Positions 27,201 through 40,082 are shown, counted from the stretch's first letter. The stretch is 64,000 nucleotides of DNA from Ascidiella aspersa (GCA_963924565.1 OZ004613.1:25234001-25298000), one strand, 5' to 3'. A program made the numbers and translations. Notes: a model not told the origin generated them from the sequence alone.

Positions 27201-27912
27201 TTTACGTTTTATTACACAAATCATTTGGCAACCTGTGTACCAAGCAATTCAAAACAACTACCGATTTGGACGAGTAATCAATGCAGAGTTTTTTTCTTAT
27301 TTAAAGTAATTTATGGGGTTCTCCAAAATTTCAAGTGCCAAAAGAGAAAAACCAGATCGGTGTTAGTTCTGCGCGGGGCATTGGAGCAGCTTGTCATCGC
27401 ACACTTTTATTTACCTTGATATTTATGTAAGAATTAAATTTGGAAGCAAAAACTGGCGGATTCGTAATCGTTTTAGTTTAGTTGGGATTCCATGTCACTC
27501 TTTTATTCGCAAATGCCATGGCATCGCAGCTTAACATCCGTCCAATACAAAATTATTTCGTTCAACCTTAACTTACTTTTCCAAACCACATTTTCCGTCG
27601 CCGCGCCACAGATGCAGCAGCATTTTCTTGCTCTTCCAATAACCGCCGTAAAGTGCGTCGTAATAGCTAACGTTGCCCGCTGGATTTCTTTGCCAATTTC
27701 CATGAGTTAGGTTGGACAGCAGATTTTTGCATGACCTTTTCTTTGTTCGTCGGTGCTGTCTTAACGTTTTTCGTTTTTGTTTTGAGAGGCTTAAATTTGA
27801 CGTATTTACGACTGGATTCCGTGAGCATGGATTCTTTCTCGTAGAAAAAAATCAAACCGAGGCATACTAAAACGACTGCCGAAATTAAGCAGGCACTTTT
27901 TAAATTCCTCAT
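24222..27912 (-). CDS. Divergent SGNH/PC-esterase-like paralogue, copy D; apparent +1 frameshift in exon 1 (pseudogene, null allele or assembly error)
   Basis: Exon 1 is 27912-27577 (336 nt where 3n+2 is required). Exon 2 is 26823-26686 (138 nt, SWCDPYGEKPCCSN...CECQG) and exon 3 is 25047-24222 (GDSLMRN, FDGTH). Exons 2 and 3 are open. Confidence 0.75.
25700..26420. repeat. Interspersed element with duplicated cccggcgttgccc motif and a tacacgccc(t/a)g tandem repeat; possibly Helitron-like
   Basis: The motif occurs at ~25715 and ~25762 and the 11-bp tandem units at ~26029-26080. The class is inferred and the boundaries are approximate. Confidence 0.35.
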
Positions 27913-28246
27913 TTAATTTGTGATTTACAGCACTTTCTGTTATTTAAAATGAGGTTTCTGATATAAAGGGGTTTCAGGTATTTTTACTTTAACACCGATT
28001 TTAACATTTTTTTCCCTAGGGCATACTTGTTTTTTGAACCTTGTCTTCTGGGCCAAAAACCCATTTCCGTCTATACAACAAACCACAATTTAGGCACTTT
28101 CTGGCTTACATTTTGTACAGTTATATGAACGGTAATATTAAAGAAGCCTTTAAATTCGCTATACTTTTGTTCTATACAGTATGTTCATTAGAACAAAAAC
28201 AAAATAAAAAAGTAAAAGGAAGTGTGACAATTTAACAACAGTCCTG

Positions 28247-28741
28247 CAGTGTTGCAAACAAGTCTTTTAAAAATGTCTTAAGTCCCAGCCAAGGTATTTG
28301 TGAAATAACTTAGTCCAAAAAGTCAAGTCTTTTTGAATGAATAACGAGTCAATTTCCAGTCCAATTCCAAGCCATCGTTTGCCCAAGTTAAGTCATAATT
28401 AGAGCAAGTCAACTTCAAATCAAGGTCTTGTCATGAAAATAAAAGGTTAAACTTTTACAATTGTTAAACTCCTCCGATTATAAGCAATAACTCAACTAAA
28501 AATAATAAAAACGCAATATAAAGCAAACTAATTTTGTTAGGTGCAACAATTAGGGTAAATATGCTCAATTTTTTAAATGTTGCATAATGAAAACACTTTA
28601 TTTTACCCAAAGTCATTTCTCTAGATACCAATGTCAAGTCAAGTCATTTTGACCAAAAATCTTAAGTCAAGTCAAATCATTTGAAAACAATGACTTAAGT
28701 GTACATAAGCCAAGTCTTTGACTTAAGTCATTAGAGAACTG
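28247..28741. mobile_element. Non-autonomous DNA transposon with aagtc/gactt subterminal repeats
   Basis: cagtgttg terminus and many aagtc(aagtc) repeats. Family members at 43132-43237, 48940-49326 and ~51435-51560. Confidence 0.65.
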
Positions 28742-29908
28742 CAGTTCTGTAACTTTTAAACTTATCTAAAAAGACCGCGCTTAAGTGTTATTATACTATT
28801 TAAGGTAAACTATGGACATCTAAACAAAGAATAAACTACAGGATGTAAAATTTCATGACTTACTACAATTACTACATGTTATGTTTTCATTTGATATAAA
28901 CTGCCTCTGCAAAATCAACAACAACATGTACAGCTTTGCAATCAAAAAGTATTTAGCAAGATATCCTATATCACCTTGACCAATAATACACAAACTTTTA
29001 ATTCAGCATAAGGCAATAAATTTCCACTCATTTAAATTCACTTTATAAAAAAGGAGAGGCCTACTATTTTGAACTGCGCTGTCTTTTGTAAGAACGCCTT
29101 TCTCAACTGACAGTACAGTGAATGAATAGCGTTCATTGCAGGTTTCGAAATCCCTAAAATGGATTTAAAGTTTTGATGAAAAACTTAACTTTGTATAGTG
29201 TGGATGTAACCTAACATCGGTTATATATAACAATATATATAACATGCATAAAACTGGAGAACCTTATAGATAGATCATTTCTACCATTTTTTCGTCCGTT
29301 GAAATGCAGATTTCTATTCTTTCGAGCCTTGCTGTATTCACAAGAATACAATTACACACCTAAGTAACACGATACAATCGCGCCGGTGGAGTAACACGAT
29401 ATTACGCAGTTCGTAAGATCTACATTTTCTTAGATCTAACCCCAAAGAAGCAGCCTAAAGGTTTCCTAGCAATCCATACGAAAGTACTTGGCTGAGTTTA
29501 GGTTGGAAATTTGACATGTTTTAAACAAAAGCAAAAAGCTAATTAGTTTTGCAGGAAGCGCTGAAATCCTATAAAGAAACGTCTACGTTAGTTGAAATGT
29601 TGTACAGCTTGACTTGCATTAGGCTAATGTAGCGTAATTAAAGATTGGATATACTTGAAATTAGATAACAAACCTTTGTGCTATTCATATAGTTTTAATT
29701 ACACATATAGTAATTAAAAAAAACATGTTGGCATTGCTATAGCACATACAATCCCATTTTTAAAGAGTCAAAAATACTGAATAAACAATCATTGGAGCTC
29801 GATTCACTGCACAGCCCAACACTGTATGACATACGAATGAGGTAGTGCTAAATCTTTATATGGAACCCACAGAAAATTCAAAGCCACGAAAAACATGACC
29901 AATATTAT

Positions 29909-30220
29909 GTTTTTAATATGATCGATAATTTCAGTAAAATATACTTTCAGGTTTTTTCTTAAAATGACTTTTAATCAGGGCGTACTTCGAGCTTTTATGA
30001 TATTGAATATGATAAGTCACGCAACGCACAAAGCTCGAAAAAAAATGTTCAATATTTTGTTTTTAATATGATCGGTATTTTTTTTTCAGTAAAATATACT
30101 TTCAGGTTTTTTCTGATAACAACTCTTAATCAAAGGCGTACTTCGGACGTTTATGATATTGAACATGATTCAGACTATATGTTCAGTAAGTCACGCAACG
30201 CCCAAAGATCGAAAAATATT
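29909..30220. repeat. Local tandem duplication (two imperfect ~150-bp units)
   Basis: ttttaatatgatcg...ttcagtaaaatatactttcaggttttttct...taagtcacgcaacgc occurs twice in succession. Confidence 0.8.
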
Positions 30221-32512
30221 GCGTTTATTTCGTTTTGTTTGGCAAAACTTTTAATTTAGAATGCGACGTGACGCATTAGGTACAAAAAAGGTAAACGGAT
30301 TGCTGATACTCTCGTTGTTATACATTTCTTCTAAAAACGCAATGCATAACATACAAATAAAGAGATTAAGTTGGAGAAACTTTATTTTAGAGAGTTCCAT
30401 AATACTAATAATTTCCAACAACGAGATTCTATGCATTCTGGGGTGAGAAGCCTAACTCAATATGCAAATGCAAAACGTCAAACAAGATTAGCACGGAACG
30501 GGAATTTTCTTGCACCGAATAGTTAAAATATCTTACAAACACGGGGAATGGTCATAGCCTCGTGCCAAGCAATAGAAAGAGCGACTGGTTGATGTACATT
30601 GTCGAACAGCATCCGGCTCACGGGCCGTAGGTTCCTGAACCCTGGCTCAAACTGAAGTCAACAGTTTTAAAGCCTTTTGACTGAGATTCCCTGTAAGATA
30701 AAAGTTGCCATGATCTAGCATATTAATATCCAGTATCATCGGTAGAGTACCGCAACCTGTAGTAGGAATACGAATGTTACCGGATTTCGCAAGTGATTCC
30801 ATTGCGTGCACATAACCTAGTCCACGAAAAACGCAGAAATATTCGTTACGCACTCTCTTATTTTAATTTGGACCCTTGGGTGGTTATTTGGACTGTTTAA
30901 ATATGCTTCGGCAACACGATAAATTGAGGAACGTCCGAAACATGAGAATTCATTCCGATCCTGAAACGCAATTCTTTGGAAAAAAACAGCATGGCTGTCA
31001 ATCCGATAGCTATAATGTCCGATCTAGCTTATTGGGCTTCACTATAGTCGCAAGCTAAAGTTTATGATAGTGTTTTAGCTTCCACCTGAAACGTCCATCA
31101 CGCCTGAATTCCAACGGCGATTCGAAGTCAAAACTGCCATAATACAGAAAATATCCCGCCTTCTAGCCACCTGCTTAGGACTATAGGTGGTCGTACTGTA
31201 CATTGTACATCGAAGCGTTGTTCGACTCTTTAGATTAAACTATAGTTAATGTGACGTGAACACATTTAGTTGTAGAACAAGTTCAAAGCAAAAGACCGTG
31301 CAGCCTACGATAAACTTGCGTCCTCGTATAATAACTTTATTGAAGGCTGCCATGTCCGGCAGGTTTAATTTATCGCCCGCGAAATATTTCCCAACTATTT
31401 TTGCGAAGATCCTAAAATACGGTTGTTAACACCTTTGTAACGGAAATGTAGACACGCTCAGCATGTCCGAAATAAATGAGGCAAAAATCACGCAACATTG
31501 TGTAATTCATATATACACAACCTGAATATATTTTAAAATTATTGTAAAATAAACGCAAGATGACGATTGCAGAAACTACATCAAATACAATCACAAAATT
31601 CAATTAGCGGTGGTAGCTCTTTCCATCTGTCGTTTAAAGTGTTACAGCTTGCACAAAAACAAAACAATTACATTTGCGATAGAGGCACGTGGGCTAGAGA
31701 ATCACGTAGTATATACATGTACACCTAAGGAATATGATCACAGGGTTATACTTCACCAACCGCAAACCGACAGCAGTAAAACATTGTGCAAAACGTGATT
31801 TAAAGTCAAAATTAACCAATTCTCCACCCAAAATTAAAGCATTTATGTTTAATCAACAACAAAAACAATGTTTCACGTTTTCCATGATGTGTTTTTTAAG
31901 TACGATTAAGATAATAGACAGCGAAAAGCGTGACACAGTCAAGTGGGGACAGTGTTTTTAACGTATTCATGTGCTGTAACAATCAACCTACAAAGTCCGC
32001 TGGCATCAAACAGCAACTTTTAATCTACAGTGTTTTTGACTTGTCAAAATTTACACATTAGGTAAAAATTTGTCAAATTTTTTCAAGTCAAAAACGAATC
32101 AAAATGCACATAAATCGTTTAAAAAATTATAAATATATAGTCAGCTTTTTGAAATTGATCGTACATTTTTTTTTAATTTATCGTTCAATCTAAAAAAAAT
32201 GTTTGATTTATATTCAAAGTCATTTTAACCGTATTATATCTTCATAAGAGCAATATACGGTGTAAAAAAAGAGTTAATAACGACACCTAGGTTATTTAAA
32301 TCAATATATTTCTAGCAGGTCAAAATTTTGTTAAAATAAATTATTTTTAGGTCAGAATTTGTCAAAATTTTAACTTTTCAGGTCAAAATTTCTTAATTTT
32401 TTGGTTAAAAAATTATCGCCCTAGTAATAAGTAATTATGTTTAATGTCAATTAGCCTAAGAGCTCTATGTTAAGATATTTCCACAGACTTTAGTTACACC
32501 CGGCCATTCTTT

Positions 32513-35500
32513 CTACAACCTTGATTTACGGGTTAGAGCTTCTCTAGCAAGCCTGGTGACCTCCAATGCACAGCCCCAGTGCTGGGCAATCCCCTTGGCT
32601 CCGTGTCCGTAGTTGTGAACAACCGGCATCAACTTCGCGCCGTTTCGCGAATCCGAACTTATCCGAACCAGTTCGGTCTCGATTCGGGCGCCTCCGATTC
32701 GTCCCGGTCTGATGCCCACGTCCGTGTAGCGCTCCACAGCATCTTCTGACCGCGGGTAGAGGGTCTTGCACTTGTGCCAAATGTGCTCGGAGTCTCTGGG
32801 ATCTACATGGGTGTCAAAACGCCCCACCTGGTACACCCCACCGATTAGTACGTCATCATTTCTCGGTGCCATAACTGTATCTTCAGCCAAGTAGACCTTG
32901 TCGATAAAGGGTGCGTCCACGCTGATGTATTGGCCTAAAAACCACATTTTTTACCGGTAAACATTAAACAAGTTTGAAGGAATTAAAAAAAGAAAAATGT
33001 ATGCCAAAGGTTAGTGGTGATTTAGGTAGTTGAAAAATACAATAGTTATTGACGTTTCTCCAAGGGTATTATAAATTACTTTTACATTTAATACAGAAAA
33101 TTAGCAATTACAAATAATTATTGTACAGTAGTTTAATTTTTTACCTTTGTTAGGCAGTTTTTAACGCAAACCTGAAAACAAAACTGAGAAAAAAATCTAA
33201 TATTTGTAAAAATTCACCTCTGACAGGAACCACGTTTCGATCAGAGGTCAATGACCCGGCTCCGGCTCCTGTGCAGTTCACCACAAGGTCATACGAATTT
33301 CCCAGCTGCTGAAATGACGTCACTTCTTGATTGATAAACGTCACGAAAGCCTCACCGTTCCTATTGGCCACCGATACACAAATTAGTCAATATTTGAAAT
33401 TGATGCTAGAATGAAAAATGCACGATTGTTCATAATATAGTAAAGCTCTGCGTTAAAAACCTTTAAATTAATTGAAAATTAGTATCTCTGTCCCTTGTTG
33501 CGTAAAGAGATTTTGCGAGCCATGAGAGAATTCAATTGATGAACAAACACAGCAAAAAATAAATATCGATTTTTATTTTTCAGCCGAATACAGTTTTACC
33601 ATTGACCTAATGTAATTAGATTTTTTATTTATATTGCTTAGGAACGCATTTCTAGGTAATAAAGAAAACAAAATTGAGTAGGCTTGGCAATTGTTTTCGC
33701 AGCGGCAATTTCATATGTATATATATATAAAAGCTACGTTACACATCCGTGCATAGTGTACCCAAGTATATATTTATATATATATACTATCAAATTAAGG
33801 AAAATCACAACAAATACAATCATTTAAACCAGTGGTTCTCAACCTTTTTTGCTTACGGACTGGTAGAATTTCAAAACAAATTTCGCGGACCGGTGGACCT
33901 TCAAAACTTAAAATCTACCCAAAATGTAATTACGACAAAAGTATGTAACTTAAAAGCATAAATGGAAACTTTAATTGAATGAGCAATTTGCTACTGTCTT
34001 TTAGATATTATACGTGTTGTACAGGGTTCTATTAAAGTTTTCCGCATAAAACTGGTCTTAAAGTTTACGACTTGAACGAGTTTGTACTCCTAAACAATTA
34101 GGCACAAAACTTGCAGCATTGTGACATACGATAAAGTCAAAAGTAGACCATTAACTCTATGTTACGTAACAATGTTGCGGATTACGTAACTGGCGAAGTT
34201 CTAAATTTGACATTTTGAAATTGAGATACAAAATTGTAATATATTTGGCGGACCGGCAGGAAAGTTGACGCGGACCGGTGCCACTGATTTGAACCATTGG
34301 TCATCAAACATTTTTTTATAAAGGGGCTGGCTCGGAATTGCATTAGACAACTTCTTTACCTGACCTTTATTTTCAATAAGGAAATATGCCACGCGCCGTA
34401 CTTTGGTGACCCCTGTCCCCTGGTAAACCATATATTGCAATCCTTTGTGTAGCTTAATACCTTTTCTTCTTTCGCCTCAGGTTTTCCATAAGCCAAGGCA
34501 GGTATTTGCTGGTGTTAATCACATAGCAGGGTGCGACGTAGCCGGTAACAGAACCGTTTCCCAACGAGCCGAAAATTAACAATCCGGCGCCCTCTTCCGA
34601 CAGGTGACTGAACTCCTGCATTTCCCGCATGGTGGCGCTCCTGTATCCTAAGGCTTGTCGATGTTTCGGCGGAACTTTTAAAATGGTAACAAAGCGCTGC
34701 TACAATTGTTAAAATTATATTGCATTCAAAGGCAAACGTAAAGAGAAATGTTAAGGGAATTAGCATTTCTGGTTGAATAGTAAATGTATCGCAAGACCAA
34801 TCAGAGGCCAACTGAAAATGTGGAGGTCTCGCCGTACAACTTATAGAATGGTATCGTTCCAAAATTTTATTTAAATCAAATGCATTTGTATGACACTTAA
34901 GTATACAGTTATACAAAACAGGAAAGCCAAATTTCCATGTAGATTTTTCTCAAGATTTAATGCAAAATAGTCGTTAACATTTATTGTCACTGTATAGTTT
35001 TAGACAACAAGCATCTTGAAATTAAACCGACGAAGAAAATTGCTATGCTGATTTCACATCATGGTGAACTACTGGTAAATGTTTAATCAAAGGGGCGTGT
35101 TACCACCAAGGTGGCTGATTAATTATTAGCCAACTTTCATAGTCAAGCGCAAGAATATTATGCGGACATGAACTAACTGTTAAAGAGCATAATAATTTTC
35201 AATTCTAAATTAGAACTTTCTTTCCAATAACAGAATCTACCTGAATATTAATGGTGAAAAACAAACCATTCGGTTGCACATCAATGATAAAAATTAAACA
35301 AAGTAGAGAACTTTATAAACCAAAATTCTATTTGTTTGGATGTTATAATATGATATATTTATTTCGCTACTAAAGAATCTTTTTCAAATCTTGTCTTTAT
35401 TTGTCGCCGATAAATTTACGTTTTAAGTGTAATGGTTGTCATACACTATTGCAAACAAAATATATTACAAATCGTATGCCCCGGTTTTGTAAAATGAAAT

Positions 35501-36552
35501 AACCTTCATGTCTAGTAAAAGATAATAATCTTTGACGTATAAGTAAACCTGTCTCATGAACCAACAAAAAGAACGCTTACTTACGTTTCGCATCTATGAC
35601 TTCTTGTGACGTGTTAAAAAGCACGATGGCATCCCTGTGACGTAATCCGGCGTTCTCGGCCTCGGTCGGGTGAACTTGGGAACAATAGGCCTGGGTGGCC
35701 ACCACGTGGTCGTTGGCATTGGGGGCGTCGAGTGGACCCACACCCCCGTTGATCACAATTCCGAACCCGTGTGTGCTGCACAAAGTGTAAAGGGATGTTA
35801 CCGTGTTACTGTTCCTTTGGTACTAATCTGGAAGAGTTTACCAAATATTGGGCTTCGTAGAAATAAACATTTTACATTTTCAGCACCTTTTCTTTTACAA
35901 ATCTTTATTTGGTGAAACTTCCGAGATTGAACCAGCTTGATATAGATTAGCTTACTTCATCGTGTGGCACCTAGAATCACCGCTTTTTTGTATTACCACA
36001 AAAGTATGACAATGTGTACCAATTTCTGTTCAAATATGCTATAAAGTAGGCTACATTAAGAGAAATCGTTGTCCACCCTACATGGCTTTTCGGTAACGTG
36101 ATACCGCTGTTAGACATTAGTAAACAGTACGATACAGGCATGTGTCAACATTTGGAAGTTTAACACTCACCACATTAATTTCCAGACTGCAGGCCTATAG
36201 CTTTGCTACTTAACTTTTACAGCCATTCGACTTACAAACCTATGTTACTTTTAATATTCAATTTTTCTGTTAACATTCAGTGTTATTTTTAATACATTAT
36301 AAAAAAGTAGAAATATTCTGATGAGTTTTTCCCTTTATTTCTCGCACAAATTTTGTAACAAACTTTTTTAACATTAATGTAATTCAAGCGGACTACAGGT
36401 CTATTGGCTTTTTACCTGCAGACATTTTTTCTGCTCGGAAAAAATTCCAGAGCAATCACATCGACGCTGCTGTTAGGAAATTGTTCAGTCAGACATAACG
36501 CTGAAGCAAGGCCTTGAATTCCAGCGCCGATTACAGCAATTGAAAACGACAT
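32513..36552 (-). CDS. D-amino-acid/D-aspartate oxidase-family flavoprotein, paralogue 1 (368 aa, PTS1 SRL)
   Basis: Exons 36552-36416, 35775-35585, 34674-34461, 33360-33218 and 32934-32513. Motifs are AVIGAGIQGL (FAD-binding GxGxxG), VVNCTG, PVRGQ, GIRPGR, HNYGHGAKG..HWGCA and C-terminal SRL. Confidence 0.92.
33830..34286. mobile_element. hAT MITE in intron 3 of DAO-like 1
   Basis: TSD atttaaac/atttgaac. The empty site is visible in paralogue 2 at ~41478-41485. Confidence 0.9.
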
Positions 36553-37101
36553 ACCTAAACAAATCAGTCTAGCCTACACGACAAAGCAGCTGTTTTTTTG
36601 TAGTACAATTGACACTCGTAACTGTTAATTTTTTTGCTGAACCATGTGGCAGTTGCATATTACATTTTTTTTTATAAATCGTCAACACCTATTTGACTGG
36701 TAAATACACATTTCGGTGCAAAGAAAAATGTAACGGTTTTGGGGTATTTTGATGTCGCTCAATTCGAAAATAATAAAGCAAGACCAGGTTAGAAAAACAA
36801 CTAGCCTGTGATGATTTCAAATAGTATATTTAAGTTTAAACAACTTGATTTGATAGCTGCAATCTAAATACACCTTTGCTTCAAGCACATTTGCTAATCG
36901 ATGTGTAAACTTCGATTACTAACTATTCAGTTTGCTTCGCATCGCTGCCCCACTCTCTGCAATTGGTATCGAAGTCTAGGAGAAAAGTTGCATATATTTT
37001 CTTTCTAATGTTTTGCAGCTAGCCTCTCTTGTCCAGCATTTGGTAAACAAGGTAAGGACCCTCTGCATTTAGCTTTGTGATACTGGACGATCACGCTAGA
37101 A

Positions 37102-37878
37102 CAGTGGTTCTTAACCGGGGGGGCGTGCCCCCATAGGAGGGCGCCAAGCAATTCTTAGGGTGGGCGCGAGCTCTACTTCAATATTTCAATTTTTGCAATG
37201 ATTTTTATGGTTTCGTTTGGGTTAGAGACCACTCCTACAGCTGTGTTAACTCTTTTTTTCAACTTTAACATTGAAACTGTAAAAAATTTTAGCGCTACGT
37301 GCGAATCGGGCTTTTTAACACGAAGTCTCTTTGAGTCCCATTAAATATTTTCATATCATCGAAGGTATAACGGCCCTATTTAAATACAATTTTTTTAACT
37401 TATAGATAAACGATATAAGTTATAACCCTCTTTTCCGTGTTTTATCTATGATAACAGGCTACTACAGTGGGACTCGAAGTTTTTGCGCAAATCTATAATG
37501 TTTTTGCAATATTTGCCGTTGTATTGTTTAAACACGATAACGCAATGTTTTAATTTTTGCGCTAGGAATTTTTTTTTGCTCTCGACATCACAGCCTTACA
37601 ACTGTGGAGTCACAACACGTTTGTCAAAATCAGCTCGATAAAAATCAATGTGTCGTGCACGAGCACTTTGTTGCGTGCCCAATGCGAAATGCCGTTTCAA
37701 TTACAGTTTAACCAATTCTACTAAATAAACTGAATTTTTTTCGCGACCAACAATACATTTACCTAATTTCTCAATAGTGTTTAATTGAAAAATGCCGAAG
37801 TGCTTTTCGTAGGGGTGGCGCAAGGCATGAGAAAATTGTCGAAGGGGGGCGCGGCTAAAAAAAGGTTAAGAACCACTG
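37102..37878. mobile_element. hAT non-autonomous element (777 bp)
   Basis: TIR cagtggttcttaacc and TSD cgctagaa/cactagaa. The empty site cacgctagaaggttaagg is in the duplicate at ~44498-44515. Confidence 0.92.
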
Positions 37879-40082
37879 CACTAGAAGGTTAAGGTATCGG
37901 TAATCAAAAATAAACCAAGTTGTACTGTTGCATAAAACCAGCTCCAATGCTGTCAAGCTTTAGAGAAAATATTACACTATCAAGCCTTACTTTGATTTGG
38001 TAGTGTAAAATTTTTAACAGCACTGCTTTTTGTAAAGGTCTGTTTTTGCAAACGCTGTTCGAAAGTGACCAAGTGACTCTTTTCAAATTTACTCAAAAAA
38101 CACTTCTGTATTTCACAAATACACGCTAAATCTACAACAGTGGGTTGTAAAATGGTGATAACTTATAACTTAATAAGTTTTTTAGAAGTGCATTTCGTCG
38201 CATCCAGTGTATGGACAAATACGAAACGACGCTTCTGTGTGACAATTTAAACCCGTATGAGGTGAAAGTTCTTGTGTGGAAAAACAGTATTTAATAGGTT
38301 ATAAATATATGTATGTCGTAAACCTAAAAGTCATAAAACTCGTGCGTATTATTTAACACTGTGTTGTGCCTACATTTCTTTTAAAGCGCTATTTTTTTGG
38401 CTTGTGGCACCCTATAAAAATTATAAATACTTTGCGGCACCCTTGCTCGTATTTTTGCTGACTGGTTTTCTGTAACGTTACAATAAACGAGAAGAAACAG
38501 CTCATTAACTGGGAAACAATGCTAAAAAACCTATTTTTTTTATTTTTGGCACTTTTATCGTAAGCAAAAATCTGAATCCTAAAGATGTACATTGTAGAAG
38601 TGCATCCGGTTCACGGGCCGTAGGGTACTGAACCCTGGCTTTTGACTGAGATTTCCTGTGAGATAAAAGTTGCCATGGCCTATCATATTAATATCCAGTA
38701 TCATCGGTAGAGTGCCGCAACATGTATTAGGAATACGAATGTTACCGGATTTCGCTAAAGATGACAGTGCGTGCGCCTAACCTGCACTACGAAAAAAGTG
38801 GAAATAGTGGTTACGCACTTTCTTATTTAAATTCGAGGGGACCCTTGGGTGGTTATTTGGAACAGCTTCAGTTTAAGTATGCTTCGGCAACCCGATAAAT
38901 TGAGGAATGTCCGAAACATGAGATCTCATTTCGATACTGAAACGCAATACTTTGCAAAGAATGTATGGCCGCCAATCTGATGCCTAATGTCCGATCGAGC
39001 ATCGTGTCCGATCTAATTTTATCGGACATCGCTTCAGTCGTCAGCTATCGAGACCGGTCTGTCGCTCTTGCACTATTCTTGGGCCGTTTAACGCAATAAG
39101 ATGGTGGTCTCTGCGGTAGGTTCATGATGGTGTTTTAGTTGAGTTTAAATCCTTCAAAATGTTATTGGTACATTTGCCAACACATTTGAATTTGAATTGC
39201 GATTCAAACCAAAAATTTCCTTAGTACAGAAAATATTCCACATTCTAGCCACGTGGCTCGGATTATAGATGGTCATACATTGTACATCGAAGCGTTGTTC
39301 GACTCTTTAGATCAAACTATAGTTAATATGGCATGAATACAATTAGTTGTAGACCAAGTTCAAAGCAAAAGACCGTGCAGCCTACGATAAACTCCTCGTT
39401 TAATAACTTTAGTGAAGGCTGCCATGTCCGGCTGGTTTAATTTATCGGCCGCGCAATATTTTAAGTATTTCGCGAAGATCCTAAAATACGGTTATTAACA
39501 CCTTTGTAACCGAAATATAGACACGCTCAGCATGTCCAAAATAAATTAGGCAAAAATCACGCAACATTGTGTAATTCATATACACAACCTGAATATATTT
39601 TAAAATTATTGTAAAATAGACGCAAGATGACGAATGCAGAAACTACATCAAAGTCAAAAACGAATCAAAATGCACATAAATCGTTTACAAAATTAAAAAA
39701 AAATTTAGTCAGCTTTTTGAAATTGATCGTTCAGTTTTTTTTTAATTTATCGTTCAATCTAAACAAAAATGTTTGATTTATATTCAAAGTCATTTTAACC
39801 GTATTATATCTTCATAAGAGCAATATACGGTGTAAAAAAAGAGTTAATAACGACACCTAGGTTATTTAAATCAATATACTTCTAGCAGGTCAAAATTTTG
39901 TCAAAATAAATTATTTTTAGGTCAGAATTTGTCAAAATTTTAACTTTTCAGGTCAAAATTTCTTAATTTTTTGGTTAAAAAATTATCGCCCTAGTAATAA
40001 GTAATTATGTTTAATGTCAATTAGCCTAAGAGCTCTATGTTAAGATATTTCCACAGACTTTAGTTACACCCGGCCATTCTTT

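Noticed and set aside
27735-27785. Programmed ribosomal frameshift in copy D exon 1
   Set aside because: The required shift is +1, there is no in-frame X XXY YYZ heptamer, and intact paralogues B and C have no shift. A mutation or sequencing error is simpler.
27913-32512. Operon-like polycistronic linkage between oxidase 1 and SGNH copy D
   Set aside because: The 4.6-kb repeat-containing spacer is much longer than expected for a trans-spliced operon junction.
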